Assembly (NCBI GenBank): GCA_001724265.1 | Contig: MEDY01000126.1 | Span: forward strand, 51,443-71,442 | Length of the DNA stretch: 20,000 nucleotides | Reading direction: 5' to 3' | Source: Rhizaria sp. SCN 62-66 | Taxonomy: Eukaryota | Shown here: positions 7,701-17,700 of the stretch, piece by piece | How the letters are laid out: every line of letters begins with the position of its first letter | Numbering within the stretch: position 1 is the first letter of the stretch | Position numbers and translations under genes: made by a program | The notes under the pieces: model-generated | Database searches by the model: none | Seen by the model: only the letters and a program-made list of their open reading frames with translations | Told to the model about the DNA's origin: nothing

Positions 7701-9077
7701 GAGCGGAGCATCGTCAAAATCCTCAATATCGAACAGTTCATCAACAGTATCATCAGCAGCGTCGTTGACCCAACGCCCGCGGACAAACCGTGCACCGCCG
7801 ACAATCGCGCCCGTGCTTGCGGTGCCCGCAGCATTCACCGCAGCGTTGTTGTTGTGGTTATTGACCGCCGCAGCAGTACTGGCAGTGTTGTTCGTGGGAA
7901 GTGGGGCGGCGGCATCCAACTCGCCGCTGTCAGAATCAGCCTTTGCATTCGCATTCGCATCGAGAGTGTTGTTTCTAGCTGCAGTAGGACTGAAATCGGG
8001 CGTAAGCGTGTTCATAAGCTCCTCAGTCCCCGCGGCAACAGCAGTACTCGAGCCGCTCGTTCCAGCGTCAACGCGGCCGTGATCGTCCGAGATCGAGTCT
8101 GAGGAGAGACTCACGGTCACCTCAGTCGGCTTCTTGATCGCATTCGTGATGTTCAGACTGTTGTTGGCGTTGGTGGTGACGTTGCTGCTCCTGTCGTCGT
8201 CGTCGAAGTCGCTGAGGTCGTCCAACGCATCAGCGTCGGCCTGAGGAAGACTCTTAGTGCTCAAACCCAGGCTATCAAAAGCACTGGCGCTGGCGCTGGC
8301 GCTGCTGCTTGAGGCACCCACGCTGCGGCCACTGGCAAAGCTGTTGGCAGCAGCGGAGGACTTGCCACCAATGTTGTCGTTCTCAGTGGTGGTGAAGAAA
8401 TCAGCATCATCTTCGTCGTCATCGTTGTTGCCGTTGATCCGCGTCTTGGTGTCGGTGTCATAGCCGGCGAAAGAGGAGGAAGCCTTGCTGCCGCCGGAGC
8501 CCTTCTGCTGCTGCTTGGTGGCGAGCGCAACGCCGGCGGGCACAGCCGGGATGAACCTCAGTGACGATGACGCTGACGCAGCTGTAGAAGCGGCAGTGGC
8601 AGTGGCAGCATGACGCTTCGCAGCGAACGAGCCTGCCGCAGAGTGCGAGGCCGACGCGGCAGTCGAGGCGGAGGCGGAGGACTGGGCGGGGGTGTAGATC
8701 GTGTGGTGAACAGCCTGGATGATTGGCGTGAACGCGGCCACGGTCTGGTTGGGAGCCGTGCGGACCAAGTCAATCCACTGGAGGATCATACCAAACGCTT
8801 CCTCAGTCGTGAAATCAGAGGAGCTGGAAGAGCCTGCCGGTGCTACAGCGCCAGAAGAGGCGGAGGACGAAGCAGGGGCAAACGTGGGCTTGTAGGACGA
8901 GGAAGGGAACGCGCCGGCAGCGCTCCCAGTTGTGGCACTCGAGCCAGCGGTGGAGCCAGCGGGCGGGGCTGGGTGGGGACCGAATGTTTCGTAGATATGG
9001 TTCGCGGAGCGCGAGAGGGCGTCGCAATGGGTGCGCAGGGACTGCACCCGGGCACGGAAGTCGGCCGTCGTCGACAT
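4734..9077 (-). CDS. Large low-complexity, largely disordered protein of unknown function (about 1447 aa from ATG 9077)
   Basis: 4.3-kb uninterrupted ORF with GC-rich coding composition and A/N/S/G/D tracts like neighbouring genes. In-frame TGA at 9098-9096 bounds it upstream and the first ATG is at 9077. Small ordered-looking blocks occur at both termini; no domain recognised. Confidence 0.8.
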   Translation of the reverse strand: MSTTADFRARVQSLRTHCDALSRSANHIYETFGPHPAPPAGSTAGSSATTGSAAGAFPSSSYKPTFAPASSSASSGAVAPAGSSSSSDFTTEEAFGMILQWIDLVRTAPNQTVAAFTPIIQAVHHTIYTPAQSSASASTAASASHSAAGSFAAKRHAATATAASTAASASSSLRFIPAVPAGVALATKQQQKGSGGSKASSSFAGYDTDTKTRINGNNDDDEDDADFFTTTENDNIGGKSSAAANSFASGRSVGASSSSASASASAFDSLGLSTKSLPQADADALDDLSDFDDDDRSSNVTTNANNSLNITNAIKKPTEVTVSLSSDSISDDHGRVDAGTSGSSTAVAAGTEELMNTLTPDFSPTAARNNTLDANANAKADSDSGELDAAAPLPTNNTASTAAAVNNHNNNAAVNAAGTASTGAIVGGARFVRGRWVNDAADDTVDELFDIEDFDDAPLAATALYDKNAETAANNKQQLQQRKPRAADVNANAPSASGSGSESGFSIGDDDDDNTGDGTNVMDPAVAAARAAFASACDNDNITVNNNSKNNNKNNDNDVDTDGFGNGEDDEDSDHTAAAAAAAAAAAAAAALHTAASAAAGGAGVTISQQRAGLFRITAPDDAAMRETLMRAVAPAHSEQAGGQQAVGDKGDSASAAAAAAGKNIGDDDFGGLDDIEDFSENTAAAAATAATTTATTIANNNSGSAKPNGNGNGDDDEENYGDLDITAVIDAHELHNNNSNNTANISSNNNSSGVANGVTLAFDNNACKDASEATANTHTGAGAAALQQQKQQQSGGPAGLMRPNFPHQMRLDSDDLVEFNETDDVVNVDGDPLPPPRRNPSHPNNNNSNNNDASLDNNNNNHTTMLNVNTNKRNGLSSGSHRSTGSGSGAGNSRTLPSGGLNSAVTAAIIGASGLTSAGAGGLLSPGGYPLNIDHIPGPSTTSAGGSGSGSQSQSHSQSGFGGGGNGGGGGGRGSGSTAGGSSAYGNITNLSKSGSSSNNKGRNNNNAGFLHSSHAGAATGASASGDTDADGGGSDSMSWAAVSTGTAAGFNGGGFASGGFGGFGSGFTPTAHLIHSGNNAAGGGGNISSSSSSSSSNNNVRAAAAAGLLNSATPSATATSNGGIPSHLNITASLASKHRTLDAESLTAVTRRPQRHHSVGSDSRPKLEGAAAAAAAALRAQMTLSLAGNDDADDLFGALDDGDDEDYGGTTKTLQNLRTKAALTTSSLSTTKSAHNSNAGSNGADSSAAAAANGSNSAGNVPAAAAAAAAIGDSDSARATVRATNGEGANTAAGVVILGTGKVFTAGSRVSSVLETGAKREMFEFGAVIGSQGAKSNSTVPWAALVASVAASDAAHNSLVRFATAADPPPTSIDSATVTGLESESNAAACDSVTSVLHAALVGRGGDSAAVVDNTIAAVRATLAARAGRAAAVQKAAEKQQPQQQ

Positions 9078-9608
9078 GGGGAGCACGGGGCGGCTTCAAA
9101 GCCCAGAGCTGTTGTGGGGGGAAGACACGAAGAAGGCGACGCTCGTGCTGCTTTGCAAGAGGGTTTGTGGCGTCCCGAAGAGACCTGAAGAGCTACGATT
9201 AAAAATAAAGACGAGAAAAGATAATGAGAACAGCAGAGTGCCATCGGATATGCACGCTTTTGATTGTTTCGGCGACCTTGAGACGTCTGGAGTTCGACCG
9301 TTGCCCTCCGTCCGTTCCAGCCTCCCGCTCGTGGTTTGCAGGCTGGCCGACCGAGAGGGGACTGTGGGTCCCGGTCCAGGGAGCTGGATACCTAACTTCA
9401 CGCTTCTCCAGCACCCTCGTTTCATTGTCAGTGATGCTGTAACTATTTTCCACATTAGCAAATGCGCTTATCATTAGGCCCCTTTATTTGCGGCACCAGA
9501 AAGTCGTGACGATCCCCTTCGAATCCGTGCTGCTTTAACCACGACTCTCGCATTGCGTTTCCACTCACGATCTTCCTTTCTCTTTGCTCTTTGCACACCC
9601 TCTAGGCG
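9078..9608. promoter_or_regulatory. Compact divergent promoter/5'UTR region shared by the unknown gene (-) and the SCYL gene (+)
   Basis: Only 531 bp separate the two head-to-head ATGs. Confidence 0.55.
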
Positions 9609-12600
9609 ATGGGCAACGTCGATAGCTCGTCGTTTCCCTACACCATCGGCAGTGAGGTGCCTACTTACCGCTCTGGCAAGTCCTACTGGACTATGTTTGA
9701 GGGTACAGACAAGGTTCGTTGTCTCTCCTCTCAACTTCGCTTTGCTCGTCAGCAAAGCGCTACCCTCTCTTTGCAACAGCCCTTGTGTTCTTTAATATTC
9801 TTCATTTTAACTAGTTTTCCACTATATTGAGCTTTAACATGTGTTATATCATTAATTTAAAGATTTGCGACGATAGACCGAACTCTTGCTGCCTATATTC
9901 CCCCTCGTATCCACGCTCACACCTTCACGTACCCCCTCCTTGCCCTTCGCTATCTCTTCTGTCTTCTGTCCACTATAACGACAATAACAACACACTACAG
10001 GCTACCAACGCGCCGGTGACGATTTTTAGCCTCGACAAAGAAGCCTTCAGCAACCGCGTTGAGCCCGCCAAAAACGCTCTTTCGGTACTCAAAACCCTCC
10101 GACACCCCGGTGTCATTAAGTTTATCACTGCCGTCGAGCTCCCTGGTCACATCCACCTCGTCACGGAGCGCGTCACACCTCTCAACATCCCGTTCTGCCC
10201 GCCGCCCGACGACGCCGGCGACGCCGACACCGCGGGCCTCACCGCGAGCGGCGGGATTAGCGCCGAGTCGCTCGCCGCCGCCGCCGCCGGTCCACGCCGC
10301 GCTGGCTCTGGCACTGGGACCGGGGGGTCGACCACGGCGGTGGCTGGCGGCGCCTCGCTCGACTTGGGTCCTCACGCACAGCCCTCCTCCTCCCCGGACT
10401 CTCTCTCTGCGTTGATCGTGCTTGGAGTCTACCAGCTCACGTCAGCGCTAGTTTTCCTCTCGGACTGCGGCATTGTCCACGGCAACATCAACCCTGGCAC
10501 GGTGTTTGTCGCTGAAAACGGCGATTGGAAGCTCGGCGGCTTCGATCTCGCGTTCAAAGTCCCGCAAACGACCGTTGGCACCCCCACGAGTTCCGGTGGC
10601 GCAGGCGGCGTGGGTGCCTCCCAGGTCCGCGCCGTTCCGCCGCTCACGCGCCAGTCGTGGTCGGTCCAAGTTGAAGCCTTTGCGCCACCAGAGTTCCGCT
10701 CGCAGCGCTGGGCCGAGACCGAGGCCGCGCCTGTGTACGCCACCGACGTCTACGCTCTCGGCGTGCTGATTAAAGAGCTGTATACGAAGACTGCGAAGCC
10801 GCTCAATAGCACGGCCGGGCTTGCGGGCGCTGGGGCTGGCTCCCCCGCCGCCGTCCCCGCGGCGCTTGCCACTGTCCAGCAACAGCTGACCTCGTCCTCT
10901 GCGTCATCGCGTCCGTCGCCAGCGTCTGTACTACAGTGTCCTTTCTTCTACACGCCGCTCATCAGCTCGATCACTTTCCTGGACCGGTTGATGGTGCAGA
11001 GCGCTGAGGAGAAAGTGCGCTTTTACAAGTCTCTCCCCACGGTGGCCGCGTCTTTTCCGCTCTGCGCTCTGCGTGACCGTGTCGTCCCAGACTTGATCAC
11101 GGCGCTCGAGTACTCGGGTGCTTCGGACGCCCCTTTCCCGTCTCTGTTGGCGTGCGTGCTCAACGTCTCCAAGATGTGCCTGACGCCTGCAGTGTATGCG
11201 AAGCGCATTTTGCCGATCATCACGCGGCTGTTCAAGGCGACGGAGCGCGCGGTGCGAGTGCATTTGCTGCAGCACGTCTCGTCGTACGCACCGTTCCTTT
11301 CCTCCAACACCATCGACACCGAGGTACTGCCGCAGGTGCTCACGGGTTTCCGCGACACGCACCCGCTGGTACGCGACCTCACCGTCCGCGCATTACCGTA
11401 CTTGGCAGAATACTTATCCCCAGACGCCGTCGAGCAGCGCATCTTGCCTCCCCTTGCCGCGCTGCAAGCAGACCCGTCGCCCGATCTCCGCGCTGTGACC
11501 GTGGGGTGCATCGCGCAAGTGGCGCGCGCTCTGCCCCGCGGAGCGCAGGAGCGCGTGCTGCTGCCCGTCTTCTCCCGCGGGCTCCGCGACACGCACGCGC
11601 CCACGCGCCTCGCCTGTATCGCCGGTCTGTTGGCGACCCTTGACGTCTACAGCGCCGAAGTCTGTGCCCGCAAGATCATGCCTTACACTGTGCCGTACAC
11701 TCTCGACGGGGTTCCCGCAGTGCGCCGGGCCGCGCTCAACCTCGCCGAGGGGCTTTTGACCCGTGTGCGTGCCAAGGTCGAGCAGCTGGGCGAGAGTGAG
11801 GACGTCACCGCGACTGGCGGCGCTGCTGGTGGCACGCTCAATGCTAATGCAGTCACGGTTTCTGCGTCGGCTGCTGCCCCCGCGGCGGCTGCGGCGGCAG
11901 CGGGACAGCAAAGCGGTGGCGGCGGGTCAAGCGGGACTGATGTTGCGGCGTCTGCCCTGACGGTGGCTTCGTCGTATTTGGGCTCTGTGGGCGCGTGGGC
12001 CGCGTCCACGGTCAGCAGCCGCGTGACGACGGCAGTCCAGGCCGCGCTAGTCAGCGGCATGCCTGCCGCCGCCGCCGCGCAGCAGCAACAGCAGCAGCAG
12101 CAGGCGAAATCAACCGGTTTCGCGGCGAACGGCGCGAACAGTGCCAACAGCTACGGAAGCGGCAGCGGCAGCAGTATGAGCAGTGGCGTCGGCATTGGAG
12201 GCAGCAACACGAGCTACGCAGCTGCCGCGTCCCGGCCCTCTGGCCCCGCCCCCGCCTCCTCTGGCCTTGGCGGTAGTGTCGCGTTTCATACTCCCTCAGT
12301 GTCGTCATCAAGCTCGAGCTCGAGGCCTCATAACAACGATATGAGTGGGTTTTTCGACTCTGCGCCTGCCGGCAAGCCCGCCGCTGCCGCAACGACCAAG
12401 GGAAGCGCTAACAGTGGGTTTGGCATGAGCGGCGCGTCCGATGTGCCTGACTCTGCGTTTCCGGACTGGGGGGACGACTTCGGTGTCGCAGCCGCTTCTT
12501 CCACCTCAAACGCTCAGAAGAGCAAAACCAACGCGAATACCAACGCATTCGAAGCCATGTCTTTTGCACCGCCGCCGAATCACGCTCCTGTTCCTGCTCC

Positions 12601-12727
12601 GGCGGCGGCCGCTGCGGCGCCGGCGGTGCAGACAGCTGCGTTTGACGCGTTTGGGTTTGCTTCCAGCGTACCGGCGCAGGCTCCCGCTGCGGCGGCCAAG
12701 AACGATGACTGGGGCGAGTTCTTTTGA
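9609..12727 (+). CDS. SCY1-like pseudokinase (SCYL1/SCYL3/Cex1 family): pseudokinase, HEAT repeats and disordered tail; exons 9609-9713 and 10001-12727, 943 aa
   Basis: Spliced N-terminus MGNVDS..FPYTIG..WTMFEGTDK|ATNAPVTIF; LKTLRHPGVIKF; LVTERVTPL; HGNINP in place of HRD; GDWKLGGFD in place of DFG; HEAT region with ERAVRVHLL, GFRDTHPLVR and RGLRD. Stop TGA at 12725-12727. Confidence 0.93.
9714..10000 (+). other. SCYL spliceosomal intron (287 nt, phase 0)
   Basis: AAG|GTTCGT donor and ACTACAG acceptor; joins the 9609 ORF in frame to the 9827-12727 ORF. Confidence 0.85.
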
Positions 12728-13216
12728 GCGGGATATTTTGGGACTATATTGACATATATCGGTATTTAAGATAATCATGCGGTATATATTTGTAATAGTT
12801 AAACAAAAAACGTTAAATAGGTTTATTTCGTACTTATATGGGGGTCATAGGCGGCGCACTATGGTTTAACCACTGTCTTAGTGACTGTGGTCGGGGCCAC
12901 GATTTAGTCTAATACACTAGTTATTTCCAACATTGAAACAATCAAAACACGACACTAACAGTGAACATACGCTTGAGATTGTAAAATCCTTGTTTAAATT
13001 TGCGGAAGTAAGATACAGATGTTCATATTCGCGTTTATAGTGAATTTTGTGATTCCCTCTTTGCTCACGGTCACTTCTTGTCGGTTCGCGAAAAAGAGGG
13101 CCTTAGAAAAAGTCAGGCCGCAGGGCCCGGTTTGCGGGTCGGTCCGGGGAGCGAGACGAGTTGAGCGGTTTGAGGAAAAGGTGTTCCTCGTCACACCGTT
13201 GTGAATTCGTTCAAAC

Positions 13217-14482
13217 ATGGTACGTTTTAGAATTGACCTCGCACTTATCTACATTTGAGTAATTTCGACATCCTTGTGCATGGCCGTTTTGTGCGTCTTT
13301 TTCACCTCGCAATGCTTTCCCAGGCCCCCCCAACCCTGGCTGGCTGGGACTGGGGGAACGAAAATGCGCGGCATTTGCCTGCTTGCCCGTTGCGTCATTG
13401 CTTCTCTTGATCGATTTCTCACTGTTGTCTACTCTTCATTCTATCTTGTGATTGGCTTTTCTTTGCGCTTGTGTTTGCTTGTACAGGGTTACGTCAAGGT
13501 TCAGAAGAACGCCAGCTACTTCTCCCGCTACCAGGTGCAGTTCCGCCGCCGCCGCCAGTGCAAGACTGACTACTACGCCCGCAAGCGTCTTGTCTGGATG
13601 GACAAGAACAAGTACAACGCCCCCAAGTACCGCCTCGTCGTCCGCTACTCCAACCGCGACGTCATCTGCGCCATCATCTCCTCCGATGTCACCGGTGACC
13701 GCGTTGTCAAGGTTGCCTACGGCCACGAGCTCACCAAGTACGGCGTCAAGTTCGGCTTCAACTCCTGGCCTGCCACCTACGCGACTGCTCTCCTCCTTGC
13801 CCGCCGCGTGAACACTCACTTCAAGCTCCCCTACCTTGGCTCCAAGGAGGCTGTTTCCAGCTACTTCAACGTCGCTGATGGTGATGTCGAGGACGACTCC
13901 GGCTCCGATGTCTCTGAGCGCCGCCCCTTCAAGGCTGTCCTCGACGTCGGCCTTCACCGCACCACCATCGGCGCCCGCGTCTTCGCGGCTGTCAAGGGTG
14001 CCTGCGACGGTGGCCTCAACATCCCCCACTCCCCTTCCCGCTTCGTTGGTACCCCCAAGGGCAAGGGTGCTGACACCGACTTCGAGGTTGTCCGCAAGTA
14101 CATCTTCGGTGGCCACATCGCCGAGTACATGAACATGCTCCAGGAGGAGGATGAGGACAAGTTCAAGGCTCACTTCGCCGTCGCCAACAAGGCTGGCGTC
14201 AAGTCCGATGCCCTCGAGGCCCTCTGGCAGTCCGTCCACGACAAGATCCGTGGCGAGTCCGCTGAGGCCCTTGTCGCCAAGGAGGCCAGCAAGCTCGGCT
14301 ACTTCAAGACCCGCACTGCTGCCAAGCCCGCTTCTTACCCCAAGAAGCAGTGGAAGCGCCAGGCTCTCTCGCTCCAGCAGCGCAAGGCCCGCATTGCCGT
14401 CAAGCTCACCATCCGCGATGCCCGCATCGCTGCCAAGCTTGCCGAGATTGCGGCCCTCGAGAACGGCTCTGATTCCGAGTAA
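13217..14482 (+). CDS. RPL5: 60S ribosomal protein L5 (uL18); exons 13217-13219 (ATG) and 13487-14482, 332 aa
   Basis: M|GYVKVQKNASYFSRYQVQFRRRRQCKTDYYARKRLV..DKNKYNAPKYRLVVR..LLLARR..PFKAVLDVGLHRTTIGARVF..GACDGGLNIPHS..RKYIFGGHIAEYM. Strongly biased codon usage of a highly expressed gene. Confidence 0.98.
13220..13486 (+). other. RPL5 intron immediately after the start codon (267 nt)
   Basis: CAAACATG|GTACGT donor; pyrimidine tract plus GTACAG acceptor; yields the expected MG(F/Y)VK start. Confidence 0.93.
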
Positions 14483-14772
14483 GTTGTTTGCTGATGCTCA
14501 CGCAACAGTAATAGCAGCTTGTTCCTAAAACAAAAGCTCACACTCTCTTTCTTCTTTATGAAAGGTGCTTTGCTAACTCGTTAGTAGAGCACGTGAAATA
14601 TTGACGATGACAACGACGACGAAGAATACACAATTCATTGTGACTAAGATATTATAGCTTCAGTACTCATCATGGATTGAAATGAAATAGTAGTATGTAT
14701 TGATATTAAGCTATTGTAACGATATTCTTTGTTATATGACCATTCTGTCTTGGTTTATCTTGATTGTGCTAT

Positions 14773-17700
14773 TCACTTTTGCTGCGACTGCTGTACAGTG
14801 CTACCACTGTTACTATTGCTATTGCCTCCGTTTGTCGAGCCCGTTGCTGTTGCGTTTACCGGCGGCGCTACGAGCAAGAACATAACGCGCTCCATCTCGA
14901 TGAGATACCGCGCCCGAAATTTGGGATTACGCCACACTATGTCACTGTACCGGGCCGTCCAACCCATCGCTCGCGGGTCCCCTCCAGCATTGTTGCCTGA
15001 AGTCGCGACTCCGCTGCCGTTGTTCGGCGACGAGGCTGCGGCTGCTGCAGCGGCCGCGACGGCGGCGCGCTTTTGCGCAGCCGCAGCGGCTGTGGGGAAT
15101 GTGACGCCGTGTACGATCGTGCTGAGAGATACGACCACATCTTCATCGTCGTCGTCGTGATTACCGTTGCCATTGCCGCCAGCAGCAGTGCTTTCACTGT
15201 CGCCAATGCCGCTGATCGAGAGCGAAGCTGCGTTCGCAGTTGAGCCAGCGAGAGGGCTAAGCTGCTGTCCTGACGTGCCACTGTTAAAGCTAGAGCTAGA
15301 GCCATTGCTGGAGCTGCTGCTGCTGTTGCTGCTGCTGTTGCTCGAGTACGTGACTGAGTTGGCGACGGATGCAACGGGGGGCGGGAGCACGTCTAAGGGA
15401 GGCAGCACTGAGAAGGGGTACTTAGACAGCGCCGGGTGACGGGCTGGAGGCTGGCCATACGCTGACTGAGACACGACAGCGGTCGCCGTCGCCGTCGCCG
15501 TCGCCGTCACCGTCGCTGCAGCTGCTGTTGAAGTAAGCAGTGACTGCGAATGCGAATGTGAAAGCGTGCCGGTCGCGCGCGGTGACATCTGCTGTTGAAA
15601 CTGCTGTGAAGCGCGCTTGCTGTTGACACTGCCATCATTCGCGTTCACGTTGACAGTTAATGAGGCCCTGCGACTCGTCGTTGGCGGCGCAGCTGTTGCT
15701 GCCTCAGTCAGGTTACCCGTCGCCGTCGCCGCCGCAGCCGCGGCGGAGTCAGATGGCGCAATTGCATTAGGAACAGTCGCAGTGACAGCTGTGGATGACC
15801 TGGGGCTTAAAGACGCAGTCGCAGCCAGCGTCGCCGTCGTATTCAACTGCTGTTGGAGAGTAAAAACCTGTGGTTTGAGAGCCAAGCCATAACTTTGGAT
15901 CAGAGTCGCTGTGATAACTGCAGAAATGCGCGCTACAACTTCAACAAAGCAGGGGTATGACAGCATTGTCTCACCCCCACCGCCGATCACACTGCTACTG
16001 CTGTTACTACTGTTGCCGTGACTCTGGCTGTGCGCAAACGCGTTGCCAGCCCCAGCGCCTTCATCACGTGATAAAGCGCACGCAAGGCCGATCAAACGCG
16101 TTGGCAGGACGGGTCCAGCGATGCCTTGTCGCGTTAACAACGCGATAACGGCTTCTGGAGAGGCGCCGCGGGCAACGGGCTCGGGATCGCGGTCGTGGGG
16201 GACTGTGAGCGCGGGTAAGGGGGTACTTAGATTACCGCCATTTAAGCCAAGCACAGCGGCGCGAGCAGAGCGGTGCTTGCCGTTGTTCGCTTGAGCACTC
16301 GCAGGGTCATCGTCGTCGTCGGCGTTGTTGTCGGTCTTTTCGTTGTTCCCATCGCTGTTGCTGCCGGTACTCTTGGCAGCCTTCTTTGGCTTGCTCTTGC
16401 GACCGGAACTCGCGCCAGAGTTGTTGTTATTGTTGCTGCTGTTAAGGATAGCAACAGCAAAGTCACTAGGCTGTGTGAAGGCATATCCGACGGCGTTCTT
16501 ACTGCCTTTGCCTCCCGCATTGACCATCGCGCTCACGCTGCTGTTGCTGCTATTGATTCCAAGAGTCGGGCCGTTCTGCGCCCGGTCCGCGCGGAACTGC
16601 TCCGTAATAGCGCAGGCCGCAAGCCAAGCGCGGTGCAGACCGAGCGCGTGGCGGAACAACAGCGCTTGCACGGGGGGCGCGGAGGCTAAGAACACGCGCA
16701 GATCGAGCTGTAGCAGGCGCTGCTGCTGCAGGGCGTGCGGCAACAGATAGTTGTCAAGCAAGAAGGCGAGTTTCGACGACGGCAGCGCGAGGTAGCGCGA
16801 CTGGTCTGTCCCCGCGCCGTTGCCACCACTGCTATTAGAAGTAGAGGCTGGGGGTTGGTAGGTCGCAGGGTCAAAAATAGACGGACGACGGAACGGGATT
16901 CCGCTGCCATAGCCTCCGCCGCTGGCGCCGCCGTTTGGACCAAACATGAGGTCGTCCTCGTCGTCGTCCTCATAATCGCCCTCGGCATCATCGTCGTCGT
17001 TATGATCGTTCTCATCGTCGTTGTCGTCGCTGAAGTTGGTGTTATGCACATCTTTCCCGTTCCCACCGCGCATACGGCGCGCATCAACGCCGCCACCAAG
17101 CTCGCCAGTCTCACCCGCACCGACGCCCGCGCCCGCGCCAGTGCCCGCGGCGATTGAGCTGGTGTAGCTCGCATCGCCGCCGCCGGTCAGACCAGCGCCG
17201 CGCTTACCACCCTTGCCCTTGCGTCTGCGGCCGCCGCGCTTGTTGCCGCCGCTGCTCCCGGCAGCGGCAGCGGCCGCGGCGGCCGCGGCGACGCCCGCGG
17301 GTCCGTGCACCCTCCGCTCGACCCACGCGTAGTCGGCGACGTCGTTGTCGTAGAACTTAGCCTGTGCAATTCGGATCAGCAGCTCGATGAGCTCGGGGAG
17401 GGTGACGAGTTTATCGGGCGCGCCGCCGACGCGGGCCTTAAGTGTGCGGACGCTGGGAAAACGGTTCGAAACGGAGTGAGGCAGCGCAGATGCAGACGCA
17501 GAGTCGTTGTGGTGACTGGAGCTTGCGTTAGAGCTCGAGCTGGAGCTAGAGCTTGCATTGGCGTTTGAGTTGGGTGACTGGAGGTGCAAAGGCGGGAGCT
17601 GCGACGGGAGAGCAACGCGCTGGACAGCTGTACTAGCGCCGGCTGCTGCCGCGGCCGCTGCTGCTGCTGCTGCTGCGGCTGCTGCTGTATTAGCAACGCT

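Noticed and set aside
9096-9461. Upstream in-frame ORF separated from the 1447-aa ORF by a single TGA (readthrough or selenocysteine)
   Set aside because: The upstream frame crosses an intron-like pyrimidine tract and promoter sequence, has no redox motif, and no SECIS was recognised.
9827-10000. ORF-track N-terminal extension of SCYL (likewise 13274-13486 for RPL5 and 2726-2752 for SEC13)
   Set aside because: These are intron sequence read through in frame; the real starts are in upstream exons.
1-14482. Functional clustering (RGG protein, snoRNA and RPL5; SEC13 and SCYL)
   Set aside because: Housekeeping genes in mixed orientations; compatible with chance in a compact genome unless synteny is shown.
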